In this document: one piece after another, positions 55,279 through 64,000 of the stretch
How the letters are laid out: each line of letters opens with the position of its first letter
How positions within the stretch are numbered: position 1 is the stretch's first letter
Assembly (NCBI GenBank): GCA_965207535.1
Contig: CBDBMR010000008.1
Span: 8-64,007, forward strand
DNA length: 64,000 nt
Direction: 5' to 3'
DNA from: Rhodospirillales bacterium
Lineage (GTDB): Bacteria > Pseudomonadota > Alphaproteobacteria > Rhodospirillales > UBA2165
Made by a program: the position numbers and the translations under genes
Notes under the pieces: generated by a model
The model's database searches: none
Seen by the model: the letters and a program-made list of their open reading frames with translations, nothing else
Told to the model about the DNA's origin: nothing

Positions 55279-57486
55279 TCACGTTCCGGCCATGTAGCCG
55301 GGCAGCCAGCTTTCATGGATGTGGCGCAGGTCATCGAGGGCGATCGAGGCGCCGTCCACCGTGACCGCATCGCCGCCAGAGGTACCGACTTCCGCCGCCG
55401 GCACGCCCACCGATTTGGCCGCCCCGAGCACCGCTTCGGCTTCGCCGGTGGCGATCAGATAGCGGGCCTGGTCCTCGCCGAACAGCCAGGCATGGGCCGG
55501 GACGCCGTCCGGGACGCCGATCGACACCCCAATATTTCCGGCAAGCGCCGTCTCGGCCGCGGCGACCAGGAGGCCGCCGTCGGAGAGGTCGTGGCACGCC
55601 GCGATCTTCCCCTCTCGGATGAGCCGCCGCACCAGATCGCCGTTGCGCCGTTCGGCGGCAAGATCGACGGTCGGCGGCGCGCCTTCTTCGCGGCCGTGGA
55701 GTTCCCGGAGATAGAGGCTCTGGCCGAGATGCCCGGATGTCTCGCCGATCAGGACCAGGGACAGGCCTTCGTCCGGGACCGCGATACCCGCCGAACCGTC
55801 GTACCGGTCGAGGAGACCCACGGCGCCGATGGCCGGGGTCGGCAATATGGCGATACCGGCGGTTTCGTTGTAGAGCGAGACGTTGCCCGACACGACGGGG
55901 AAGTCCAAGGCCTCGCACGCCTGGCGGATGCCGTTCACGCAGCCGACGAACTGGCCCATGATGTCCGGCTTCTCCGGATTTCCGAAATTCATGTTGTCGG
56001 TGATCGCCAGCGGCATGGCGCCGACCGCCGTCAGGTTGCGCCAAGCCTCGGCGACCGCCTGCTTGGCGCCCTCCTCCGGGTCGGCCAGGCAATAGCGGGG
56101 GGTCACATCGGTGGTGATGGCGAGCGCCTTCCCGGTCACCGCGCCGTTTGCCCCCTGAATGCGCACCACCGCCGCGTCGCCGCCCGGGCGCTGCACCGTA
56201 TCGCCCATGATCAGGTGGTCATACTGCTCCCAGATCCAGCGGCGCGAGGCGAGATCGGGACAACCCATCAAGGTCATGAGGGCATCCAGCGGCGGAACTT
56301 CGGGCACCTCGTCGGCGGCGAGAACCGGCTGCTTCGGGGCCGGCTCCCACGGCCGGTCATACTCGGGCGACGCCAGCGCCAGCGGGTCGATGGGCAGGTC
56401 CGCGGCGATTTCGCCATGATGGCGCACCACCATCCGGCCCGTATCGGTCAGATGCCCGACCACGGCGAAATCGAGCTCCCACTTTTCCATGATTGCGCGC
56501 GCGCTCTCCTCGGAGCCCGGCTTCAGGACCATCAGCATCCGCTCCTGGCTTTCGGACAGCAGGAATTCGTAGGCGGTCATGCCTTCCTCGCGGGCCGGCA
56601 CCTGATCCAGGTCCAGCTCCACCCCGACGCCGCCCTTGGACGCCATCTCGAAGGACGACGAGGTCAGCCCCGCCGCCCCCATGTCCTGGATGGCGACGAT
56701 GGCGCCGGTGGCCATCAGTTCGAGGCACGCTTCGATGAGCAGTTTCTCGGTGAACGGATCGCCGACCTGCACGGTCGGGCGTTTTTCCTCCGAGTCCTCG
56801 TTGAACTCGGCCGACGCCATGGTGGCGCCGTGAATCCCGTCGCGGCCGGTCTTGGAGCCCACATAGACCACCGGGTTCCCGGCGCCGGTGGCGGCGGAAT
56901 AGAAAATCTTGTCGGCTTCGGCGATGCCGACGGTCATGGCGTTGACCAGGATATTGCCGTCGTAGCGGGTGTGGAAGTTGGTCTCCCCGCCCACCGTCGG
57001 CACGCCGACGCAGTTGCCGTAGCCGCCGATCCCCGCCACCACGCCGGCCACCAGATGCCGGGTCCTGGGGTGCCGGGGATCGCCGAAACGGAGCGCGTTC
57101 ATGTTGGCGACCGGCCGCGCGCCCATGGTGAACACGTCTCGCAGGATGCCGCCGACCCCCGTCGCGGCGCCCTGATAGGGTTCGATGAAACTGGGGTGGT
57201 TGTGGCTTTCCATCTTGAAGATGGCGGCGAGACCGTCGCCGATATCCACCACGCCCGCGTTTTCGCCCGGCCCGCAGATGACCTGCGGCCCTTCGGTGGG
57301 GAGGGTCTTCAGCCACTTCTTGGAGGATTTGTACGAGCAGTGCTCGGACCACATGACGCTGAATACGCCGAGCTCGGTGAGGTTGGGCGCCCGGCCGAGG
57401 ATTTCCAGGATCTTGTCATACTCTTCGGAGGTCAGCCCGTGCCCGGCGATGATGTTGGGGGTCACCTGGTTTTCTTGGGCGTCCAT
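55279..57486 (-). CDS. purL: Phosphoribosylformylglycinamidine synthase subunit PurL
   Basis: [33 protein letters not shown]. Confidence 0.98.
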   Translation of the reverse strand: MDAQENQVTPNIIAGHGLTSEEYDKILEILGRAPNLTELGVFSVMWSEHCSYKSSKKWLKTLPTEGPQVICGPGENAGVVDIGDGLAAIFKMESHNHPSFIEPYQGAATGVGGILRDVFTMGARPVANMNALRFGDPRHPRTRHLVAGVVAGIGGYGNCVGVPTVGGETNFHTRYDGNILVNAMTVGIAEADKIFYSAATGAGNPVVYVGSKTGRDGIHGATMASAEFNEDSEEKRPTVQVGDPFTEKLLIEACLELMATGAIVAIQDMGAAGLTSSSFEMASKGGVGVELDLDQVPAREEGMTAYEFLLSESQERMLMVLKPGSEESARAIMEKWELDFAVVGHLTDTGRMVVRHHGEIAADLPIDPLALASPEYDRPWEPAPKQPVLAADEVPEVPPLDALMTLMGCPDLASRRWIWEQYDHLIMGDTVQRPGGDAAVVRIQGANGAVTGKALAITTDVTPRYCLADPEEGAKQAVAEAWRNLTAVGAMPLAITDNMNFGNPEKPDIMGQFVGCVNGIRQACEALDFPVVSGNVSLYNETAGIAILPTPAIGAVGLLDRYDGSAGIAVPDEGLSLVLIGETSGHLGQSLYLRELHGREEGAPPTVDLAAERRNGDLVRRLIREGKIAACHDLSDGGLLVAAAETALAGNIGVSIGVPDGVPAHAWLFGEDQARYLIATGEAEAVLGAAKSVGVPAAEVGTSGGDAVTVDGASIALDDLRHIHESWLPGYMAGT

Positions 57487-58185
57487 CTAGGCGGCTTCCC
57501 CGATGCCCGCCGCCATGCCGTCGAACAGGGGCTTGCCGCCGAGGCCGCCCAATAGCGGATGCACGGCGTCTTCCGGGTGGGGCATCAGGCCCAGCACATT
57601 GAGCCGCTCGTTGTAGATGCCGGCGATGTTGCGCTGGGAGCCGTTGGGATTGGCGGCGTCGGTCAGTGCGCCGGTCTCGTCGCAATAGCGGACGGCAACC
57701 CGTCCCTCGCCTTCCAGCGCGTCCAATGTCCCGGCATCGGCGAAGTAGTTGCCGTCGTGATGGGCGACGGGGCAGCGCAGCACGTCGCCCGCCCGGAACC
57801 CGCCGGTAAAGGCGGTATCGGCGCGCTCCACCTTCAGGTGAACGTCCTTGCAGACGAACTTGAGGTTGGCGTTGCGCATCAGGGCGCCGGGCAGCAGCCC
57901 GGTCTCGGTGAGGATCTGGAACCCGTTGCACACCCCCAGCACATGGACGCCCGCATCGGCCCGCGCCTTGACTTCGTGCAAGATCGGCGAGTGGGCGGCC
58001 ATGGCGCCGGAGCGCAGATAGTCGCCGTAGGAGAATCCGCCCGGCAGGACGATCAAATCCACCTTGGGAAGGTCCGTGTCCCGGTGCCAGACCATGACCG
58101 GGTCTTCGCCGAAGCTCTCGCCGAGCGCCAGGCGCATGTCACGTTCACGATTGGAGCCGGGGAAAACGATGACGGCGGTGCGCAT
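57487..58185 (-). CDS. purQ: FGAM synthase glutaminase subunit PurQ
   Basis: [28 protein letters not shown]. Confidence 0.98.
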   Translation of the reverse strand: MRTAVIVFPGSNRERDMRLALGESFGEDPVMVWHRDTDLPKVDLIVLPGGFSYGDYLRSGAMAAHSPILHEVKARADAGVHVLGVCNGFQILTETGLLPGALMRNANLKFVCKDVHLKVERADTAFTGGFRAGDVLRCPVAHHDGNYFADAGTLDALEGEGRVAVRYCDETGALTDAANPNGSQRNIAGIYNERLNVLGLMPHPEDAVHPLLGGLGGKPLFDGMAAGIGEAA

Positions 58186-58194
58186 GAAACCGGA

Positions 58195-58437
58195 TCAGGC
58201 CTCGATCTCGATGGCGTAGTTTTCGATCACCGTATTGGCGAGGAGCTTCCGGCACATATCCTCGACCCGCGCCTTGGCCGCATCGGCGTCCGTGTCGGCG
58301 AGATCGATCTCGATGTATTTGCCTTGGCGCACATCGCCGACGCCGTCAAACCCCAACGCTTCGAGCGCGTGGCCGACGGCCTTGCCCTGGGGATCGAGAA
58401 CGCCGTTCTTCAGCGTCACGTGCACTTTAGCTTTCAC
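58195..58437 (-). CDS. purS: FGAM synthase subunit PurS
   Basis: GTG start; [17 protein letters not shown]...[10 protein letters not shown]. Confidence 0.96.
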   Translation of the reverse strand: MKAKVHVTLKNGVLDPQGKAVGHALEALGFDGVGDVRQGKYIEIDLADTDADAAKARVEDMCRKLLANTVIENYAIEIEA

Positions 58438-59212
58438 TGATGTTCCTGACGGCTCCGATCGTGGGAATTTCCAGGTCCGTGACCCCGCCCTCGGGCAGGA
58501 TGCCAAGCCGCCGGGCAACCTCCTGGTAGGCCTCCTCGATCCCGCCCAAATCCTCCCGGAAGCGGTCGAGGTCGAGTTTCTCGCCGGTGTCCACGTCCCA
58601 CAGCCGGCAGGTATCCGGGCTGATCTCGTCGGCGACGAGGATACGAAGCTGGTCGTGCTCCCACACCCGGCCGAACTCCAGCTTGAAGTCGACGAGCCGG
58701 ATGCCGATACCGACGAACAGCCCATACAGGAAATCGTTGACCCGAAGCGACAGGGCGATGATTTCATCGATCTCCTGGTGGCTGGCCCAGCCGAAGGCGG
58801 TGATGTGCTCTTCCAGCACCATCGGATCCTTGAGGTCGTCCGAATTGTAGTAGAACTCGACGATCGACCGTTCGAGCCGGCGGCCTTCCTCGAGCCCGAA
58901 GCGGGTGGCGAGCGAGCCCGCGACCACGTTTCGCACCACCACCGAAATGGGGATGATCTCCACCTCGCGGATCAATTGTTCCCGCATGTTGAGCCGGCGG
59001 ATGAAGTGGGTCGGGATACCGACCTCGGACAGCCGGGTCATCAAATGTTCGGAAATACGGTTGTTGATGACGCCCTTGCCGGTGATCATGCCGGTCTTGG
59101 CGCCCGAGTGAACGCTGGCATCGTCCTTGAAGTGCTGGACGATGGTGCCGGGCTCCGGGCCTTCGAAGATGTCCTTGCCGTTGCCCTCGAAAATCTGCCT
59201 GCGTCTGGCCAT
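58427..59212 (-). CDS. purC: SAICAR synthase
   Basis: [41 protein letters not shown]. Confidence 0.95.
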   Translation of the reverse strand: MARRRQIFEGNGKDIFEGPEPGTIVQHFKDDASVHSGAKTGMITGKGVINNRISEHLMTRLSEVGIPTHFIRRLNMREQLIREVEIIPISVVVRNVVAGSLATRFGLEEGRRLERSIVEFYYNSDDLKDPMVLEEHITAFGWASHQEIDEIIALSLRVNDFLYGLFVGIGIRLVDFKLEFGRVWEHDQLRILVADEISPDTCRLWDVDTGEKLDLDRFREDLGGIEEAYQEVARRLGILPEGGVTDLEIPTIGAVRNISES

Positions 59213-59311
59213 GATTTGATTCCGGAAAACGGGGCCGCGATCCGCGCCCCAGATGGTGCCTCTATAGCAGTAGAGCGGCCACCGTACAATTGGTCCCTGC
59301 CGTATTCGGCG

Positions 59312-60073
59312 TCACAGGATGACGTCGTCGAATTCGGTATCGTCGGGCCGGCCCGGCGCGAACAGCCAGATGGGCCGCGCACCTTCGTTTTCGGCCGCCG
59401 GCAGAGCCATCAGCGACGAAGACACGGTGCCGAATTCCTGATCCCCGGTGACGATGGACATGGCGCCTTCCGGCCCTTCGTCGGGGTCGAAGATGCGGCT
59501 GCCCAACAGGCGCCGCCAGTCCCCCCAATCACCCAGGGTCGGATTGGGCGGATGGGCCTTCTGGAATCGCGGCAGGTAGGTCCGGATGCGGGCCGAAATC
59601 TTGTCGTTGCGGTCGCTGGCCGTAATCATCGAGATGCCGGGCGGGACCGGCAGCACCTCGACCCGCCCATCCGCGCCGTTGCCGGCATGGCGCAGCCAGA
59701 AAGCGTCGGTATTGTCGGCGATCACCATGTTGAAGGGGCGGTAGGCGGCGGTATCCAAATGGCCGAGGGCATCCGCCGCATCCGCCGCATCGGCGTGGTC
59801 CAGCGCCTCCAGGGGCAGTTCGCCGCGGGAGCGGTAGCCGTCCGCCGGTCCCAAGGACCCCCGGCGGTTGAGAATCGCGGCGACCACCCCGTTCTCGTTG
59901 ATGCCGAGCCAGGTGCCGCCCGCGAACTCGTCCATGCCGGCCACCACGTCCTCCCGGTCGGGCCAGTGGCGGGCCGGCGGCTTCCACGGCCGGGCCAGGG
60001 ATTCGTCCCGATTTGCGGCAAGAATCAGAGGCCAGTCTTCTCCGGGCTGGCGCAGGACGATGACGGTGCACAT
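59312..60073 (-). CDS. NRDE (TANGO2) family protein
   Basis: MCT, AANRDE, GGTWLG, SRGEL, FGTVSS. Confidence 0.92.
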   Translation of the reverse strand: MCTVIVLRQPGEDWPLILAANRDESLARPWKPPARHWPDREDVVAGMDEFAGGTWLGINENGVVAAILNRRGSLGPADGYRSRGELPLEALDHADAADAADALGHLDTAAYRPFNMVIADNTDAFWLRHAGNGADGRVEVLPVPPGISMITASDRNDKISARIRTYLPRFQKAHPPNPTLGDWGDWRRLLGSRIFDPDEGPEGAMSIVTGDQEFGTVSSSLMALPAAENEGARPIWLFAPGRPDDTEFDDVIL

Positions 60074-60229
60074 GACCGATAGATAGCCCCTGGGTGCCGG
60101 AAGTACCAGCAGGGAACGCGGGGTTGAATATTTCCCCGTCCGGTGTCATTGCAATGCCATGCGCCCCGGCGTACATACCCAACGATTAGACGCCCATTCC
60201 GACCCGACAACGCTTCAAGGGAGACCAAT

Positions 60230-60559
60230 ATGGCCGACTCGCTCGCCGAACGGGGCAAAGCCCACGAAACTCAGTTCAAGCTCACCCAAGAACAGGAATT
60301 CAAGGCGGAGGCCCGGCGCAACCGTCTGCTCGGCGAATGGCTCGCCGAACGCTTCGGGCTGCCCGAGAGCGAGGTCGCCGACTATGCCAAATCCGTGGTT
60401 GTGGCCGACCTCGAAGAGCCCGGTGTCGAAGACGTCATGCGCAAGGTGATGAAGGACATCGCCGAGCACGAGGTGGACATTTCCGAGGACGAGGTCCGGG
60501 AAAAGCTGGACGGGCTCATGGACGTCGCGAAACAGCAGATCGCCGACGAGGCCTCCTGA
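60230..60559 (+). CDS. DUF1476 / F1Fo-ATPase inhibitor zeta subunit
   Basis: ERGKAHETQF...EFKAEARRNRLLG...ADLEEPG.EDV.RKV. Confidence 0.88.
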   Translation: MADSLAERGKAHETQFKLTQEQEFKAEARRNRLLGEWLAERFGLPESEVADYAKSVVVADLEEPGVEDVMRKVMKDIAEHEVDISEDEVREKLDGLMDVAKQQIADEAS

Positions 60560-60624
60560 CGCCCTCAACCTCCGACGCTTCCGTTTCGTTGCGCTCGGAC
60601 GATTGCGGGCGTAGAACGGGGGCC

Positions 60625-61251
60625 ATGGGTAGAGAAGATCAAACACCGACCGAACCCGGACAGGCGCTGGTTTCCGGCGTCCTGTCGTTCTGGTTCGGCG
60701 AGCCGGGCGACGGGGATTTCGATGACAAGGGCCAATGGTGGTTCCAAGCCGACCCGGAATTGGATGCCGAGATCGGGCGGAAGTTCATGGACGCTTACCG
60801 GCAGGCCGCGTCCGGCGGGCTCGATCACTTGAAGGAAACGCCGGACGGCTGCCTGGCCTTGATCATTCTGCTGGACCAGTTCTCCCGCAACCTGTTCCGG
60901 GGATCGGCCGAGGCCTTCGCCGCCGATGGCAAGGCGCGGGAGCTGGCCGATTACGCGATCTCGCAGGGTTACGACCGGGAATTCTCCAGGAACCGGAAGC
61001 TGTTCACCTATTTGCCGTTCGAGCATTCGGAGGACCTTGCCGATCAGGAGCGGGCGGTCGAGCTGATAGGGACGTTGGACGATGAGCATCTTAGCGGGTA
61101 TGCCGTCCAGCACCGGGATATCATTGCCGAATTCGGGCGGTTCCCGCACCGCAATGCCGTTCTCGGCCGGGAGAGCACGGCGGCGGAACTCGAGTTCCTC
61201 GAAGACCCCAAGAACTCGTTTGGCCAAACGAAGGATGACGACAGGAAATGA
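60625..61251 (+). CDS. DUF924 family protein
   Basis: VLSFWFG, LDQFSRN.FR, YLPFEHSE, FGRFPHRN. Confidence 0.92.
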   Translation: MGREDQTPTEPGQALVSGVLSFWFGEPGDGDFDDKGQWWFQADPELDAEIGRKFMDAYRQAASGGLDHLKETPDGCLALIILLDQFSRNLFRGSAEAFAADGKARELADYAISQGYDREFSRNRKLFTYLPFEHSEDLADQERAVELIGTLDDEHLSGYAVQHRDIIAEFGRFPHRNAVLGRESTAAELEFLEDPKNSFGQTKDDDRK

Positions 61252-61865
61252 CCGAAGACATTCGACAAAAGGTATTGGACTTCTGGTTCGGCGAACCGGG
61301 AAGCGAAGAGCACGGCACCTTTCGAATTATCTGGTTCCGGGGCCGGACGCCGGAGTTCGATCAGGAAATTCGCGACGGATTTATGGAGATCCACGAGAAG
61401 GCCGCCGGCGGCGAATTCGACCATTGGATGGAGACCAAGGAGGGCTGTCTGGCGCTTTGCATCCTCCTGGACCAGTTCCCGCGCAACATGTTCCGGATGA
61501 CGCCCAGGGCCTTCGCGACCGATGCAAAAGCCCTCGAGGTCGCCAAACACGCCGTCGCCAACAAGTGGGACGAAGAGGTCTCGGCCATCGAGCGGCACTT
61601 TTTCTATCTTCCTTACGAACATTCGGAAGAGTTGGCGGATCTCGATGCGGTCACCGAACTGGCGCCCAAGACGGGCCGGGAGCGCACGGCCAAGGCGGTC
61701 GCGGAGCACCGCGACCTGATCGTCAAGTTCGGACGCTACCCCCACCGCAACGAAATACTGGGCCGGGAATCGACGCCGGAAGAGATCGAGCACATGAAAA
61801 ACGGCGGCAAGAATTTCGGCCAGGGCGCGACGCCCGACCCCATCCCCGACGAGGAAGAGGATTAG
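61248..61865 (+). CDS. DUF924 family protein (tandem paralog)
   Basis: VLDFWFG, LDQFPRN, YLPYEHSE, FGRYPHRN. Confidence 0.92.
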   Translation: MTEDIRQKVLDFWFGEPGSEEHGTFRIIWFRGRTPEFDQEIRDGFMEIHEKAAGGEFDHWMETKEGCLALCILLDQFPRNMFRMTPRAFATDAKALEVAKHAVANKWDEEVSAIERHFFYLPYEHSEELADLDAVTELAPKTGRERTAKAVAEHRDLIVKFGRYPHRNEILGRESTPEEIEHMKNGGKNFGQGATPDPIPDEEED

Positions 61866-62797
61866 CGATTGTTCAGTTGTTTCAAGTGGGCTCGGCAGCG
61901 CTGGTAGATGCCGTCAAAGAAGTCTGGCTCGTTTCTTCGTTGCGCGGCAATTTTTCCCAACAAACTCCTTGTTTCTGGGAGTGAGAGCTCTTCCACAGGT
62001 CTCCGGCCAATGAGTTCTCGAATCTCTGTTCGTTTTGAGTTCTTCACCCGTAGGCCACCGCCTGGATGGACCGCTGAACCCGTTATCGTCTTGTACTCGT
62101 TTGCGGCGTAGCGCTTAGTTTTGGAGAATTTGAGCCGAAGATCGACCGGACTCAGCATCTTGTTGATGTCTCGCGTCCACCCTCTTGGGAAGGGTTTGTC
62201 GCGGCTAAATGTGATGTCGTCTACCCAGAGCGACATTACAATGTCTTGGGCCGTCGCCGCCGCATTAATTCGATTGAATGACTTTTGATAGGCCCAGTAC
62301 GCCATATCCTGGCTTGTCGATGTTCCAGTCGGAATGTGGCCTTTGTATGTAACTAGATCAGCAAGCAATGTGGCAACGTCGCCGACCATATCGAATTCGG
62401 CCTTAAAACATTCAATCACAAACTCCCGTTTTGTACTTTGGAAGAAGCTATCTATGTCAACGCTGACCAGCCAAGCCTCTGGATGATGTAGTAGCGCATT
62501 GTCGATTGCGCTGACACCAACCTTGCCTGACATTAGCCAAGATGGTGTTTCAATTCGTCTGATGAGGCTGTGCAGGCGCTGCTGTATAGCTGCTAGACGG
62601 GGAAGAGGCTCTTCAATGAGACGATCTTTTCTGCCAGGTTCCCGTTTCCACCATTCCTCATAATTTTCTCCCTTTTGCAAGGCTCTCAATTCGCTGGGAG
62701 TGGTCTGAAGAATTCGGGCCAAATCGGCTTTTTTGCCAATTCGATAGAGCGGTGATTTGTTGATTGGCACCAAATTAGGTTGTTTGGGCTTCGACAA
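61862..62797 (-). CDS. Retron-type reverse transcriptase
   Basis: RLIEEP, NALLH (region X NAxxH), DIDSFF, HIPTGTSTS, LWVDDITFS, KTK, ITG (VTG-like region Y). Confidence 0.88.
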   Translation of the reverse strand: MSKPKQPNLVPINKSPLYRIGKKADLARILQTTPSELRALQKGENYEEWWKREPGRKDRLIEEPLPRLAAIQQRLHSLIRRIETPSWLMSGKVGVSAIDNALLHHPEAWLVSVDIDSFFQSTKREFVIECFKAEFDMVGDVATLLADLVTYKGHIPTGTSTSQDMAYWAYQKSFNRINAAATAQDIVMSLWVDDITFSRDKPFPRGWTRDINKMLSPVDLRLKFSKTKRYAANEYKTITGSAVHPGGGLRVKNSKRTEIRELIGRRPVEELSLPETRSLLGKIAAQRRNEPDFFDGIYQRCRAHLKQLNNR

Positions 62798-63068
62798 TCT
62801 GGAGAAACCTAATCAATTTCTGTCGCATGAATGAGCGGGACTGCGATTTCGGCTCCGATTTCTTTCCCAATTCTTCAGAGAAAAAGAGAATGGCCGAGGG
62901 CGAAGTCTCAAAGAATTCAGCATATTTGTTGATCGTTTCAATTGACGGTACTCGCTTACCTTTTTCTATCTCAGAAATATGGCTCGCAGACAGACCGAGT
63001 GCCAAAGCAAGCTCCACAGTCTTGCAGTCATGAAATACCCTGATCAAACGAAGTGCTTCGCCCAGCAT
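62775..63068 (-). CDS. XRE/Cro-type HTH protein of the retron operon
   Basis: LRLIRVFH...ELALALGLSASHISEIEKGKRVPS; overlaps the RT start. Confidence 0.88.
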   Translation of the reverse strand: MLGEALRLIRVFHDCKTVELALALGLSASHISEIEKGKRVPSIETINKYAEFFETSPSAILFFSEELGKKSEPKSQSRSFMRQKLIRFLQIVEAQTT

Positions 63069-63097
63069 CGCTACGTTCTCGCAGTTAGAAGGAAAAA

Positions 63098-63271
63098 CTA
63101 GTCGTTCTCAGTCAGATGCTTTACGCAAAAAAGCACGAAGCGAATGATTCTGCGGCGAATCGATTTCACCCAGCGCTTCTTTGACGATCGCCAATTTGCG
63201 CACATCTGCCGAGAAACAACACACAGTCGCACCGTTAGGTGGATAGTCGTCTGTTGTTGACGATCGTCCAT
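63098..63271 (-). CDS. 57-aa basic small protein, candidate retron effector
   Basis: Strong SD AAGGAGG 5 nt before the ATG; MDDRQQQTTIHLTVRLC...KKRWVKSIRRRIIRFVLFCVKHLTEND. Confidence 0.55.
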   Translation of the reverse strand: MDDRQQQTTIHLTVRLCVVSRQMCANWRSSKKRWVKSIRRRIIRFVLFCVKHLTEND

Positions 63272-63274
63272 AGC

Positions 63275-63560
63275 CGCCTCCTTTCCCGTACTTCTAGAAG
63301 CACCCCATGTGCTCCTTTCTGAGTACGTCCTCGTGGGAAAGGCTGGGTCTCGGCTGTGCTTGTCGTTTCTCCTTCTCATTTTGCCGCGATCAGCAGTCCT
63401 CGCTGATCGCGGCGCCGACGCACGTCCCATCCATGGAAACCGTGTCAGTCATCCACAGAGGGAATTGCGCCATGCACCTCAAAAATAGTTGGGCCGAAGC
63501 CCGCGAGCGCAGTCTGCGCTCCAGTCGTGTCCGAGGACAATGACCCTACCTAACGGATGA
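63275..63560 (-). ncRNA. Candidate retron msr-msd non-coding RNA
   Basis: Hairpins at 63505-63521, 63491-63502 (C-UUCG-G), a perfect 12-bp stem at 63383-63413 and a long stem at 63280-63342. Boundaries approximate. Confidence 0.55.
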
Positions 63561-63645
63561 GGGGACCCTACTCGAGTCGCTTAAGAACGTCTACAAAAAA
63601 GTTCTAAAATAGAGAATTTTTTTCTCAGGGCGTGTTCACATTGGA

Positions 63646-63849
63646 CTACCCAAAGACGCGGGCGAAGATGGCGTCCACGTTCTTGGTCTGATAGCCGAGA
63701 TCGAACAGCGCCGTCAGGTCGTCTTCCGGCAGCTTGGCCGTGACGTCGGCGTCGCCTTTCAGCGCGGCCAGAAAATCGGCGCCGTTCTTCCACACGTCCA
63801 TGGCGTTCCGCTGGACCGCCGCGTACGCGTCCTCGCGGCTCATGCCGCC
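63646..63849 (-). pseudogene. purB: 3' fragment of adenylosuccinate lyase gene
   Basis: GMSREDAYAAVQRNAMDVW...FLAALKGD.DV...LFDLGYQTKNVDAIFARVFG. In-frame TAG and non-PurB sequence lie immediately upstream. Confidence 0.75.
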
Positions 63850-64000
63850 CCCGCGCCCCTACCACCGCATCGCGCCGGTGAGCATCGCGCCGTGGGCCGG
63901 CTCGCCGGTGCCCGCGCTCTCGCGGCGGGTGGCGTCGAGGTTGATGCTCCATCCGCTCGCCGCGCCCGTATCATCGTCGGTGCTGCTTGTTTTCTTTGAT

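Noticed and set aside
55276-60082. Long plus-strand ORFs (759, 293 and 615 aa)
   Set aside because: Antisense shadows of purL, purQ, purS, purC and the NRDE gene.
60625-61865. Tandem DUF924 pair as part of the retron system
   Set aside because: Opposite strand, host-like GC and codon usage, and a common chromosomal family; only the stop codons overlap.

Overview
GC-rich alphaproteobacterial (Rhodospirillales-like) chromosomal window. The housekeeping backbone is tRNA-Ile2(CAT), rpoD-dnaG-yqeY, carAB-greA, lrp/trxB-LysR, EF-G2, aatA, uvrB, grxD-bolA, purL-Q-S-C, DUF1476 and a 3' fragment of purB. Catabolic and transport genes are interspersed (LigAB-like dioxygenase operon, pobA, two TRAP systems). 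Four accessory or recoding systems stand out. (1) Left edge, beyond the tRNA 3' end: a candidate RiPP locus whose NHLP-leader precursor ends in only (A)YY, with a P450 carrying an atypical D-N I-helix, two paralogous prenyltransferase-like proteins, two inverted-duplicate SAM methyltransferases and a deleted/fused exporter. (2) A BCP peroxiredoxin with in-frame TGA at the peroxidatic Cys and a SECIS-like hairpin (selenoprotein). (3) A group II intron (46142-48170) inside an AceE/transketolase-like gene, whose removal restores the frame exactly. (4) Right edge: a retron-like cassette (structured RNA, 57-aa ORF with a partly stem-paired RBS, XRE HTH, RT with NAxxH/WVDD/ITG) next to a 5'-truncated purB. 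All calls come from reading motifs by eye; no database searches were run.
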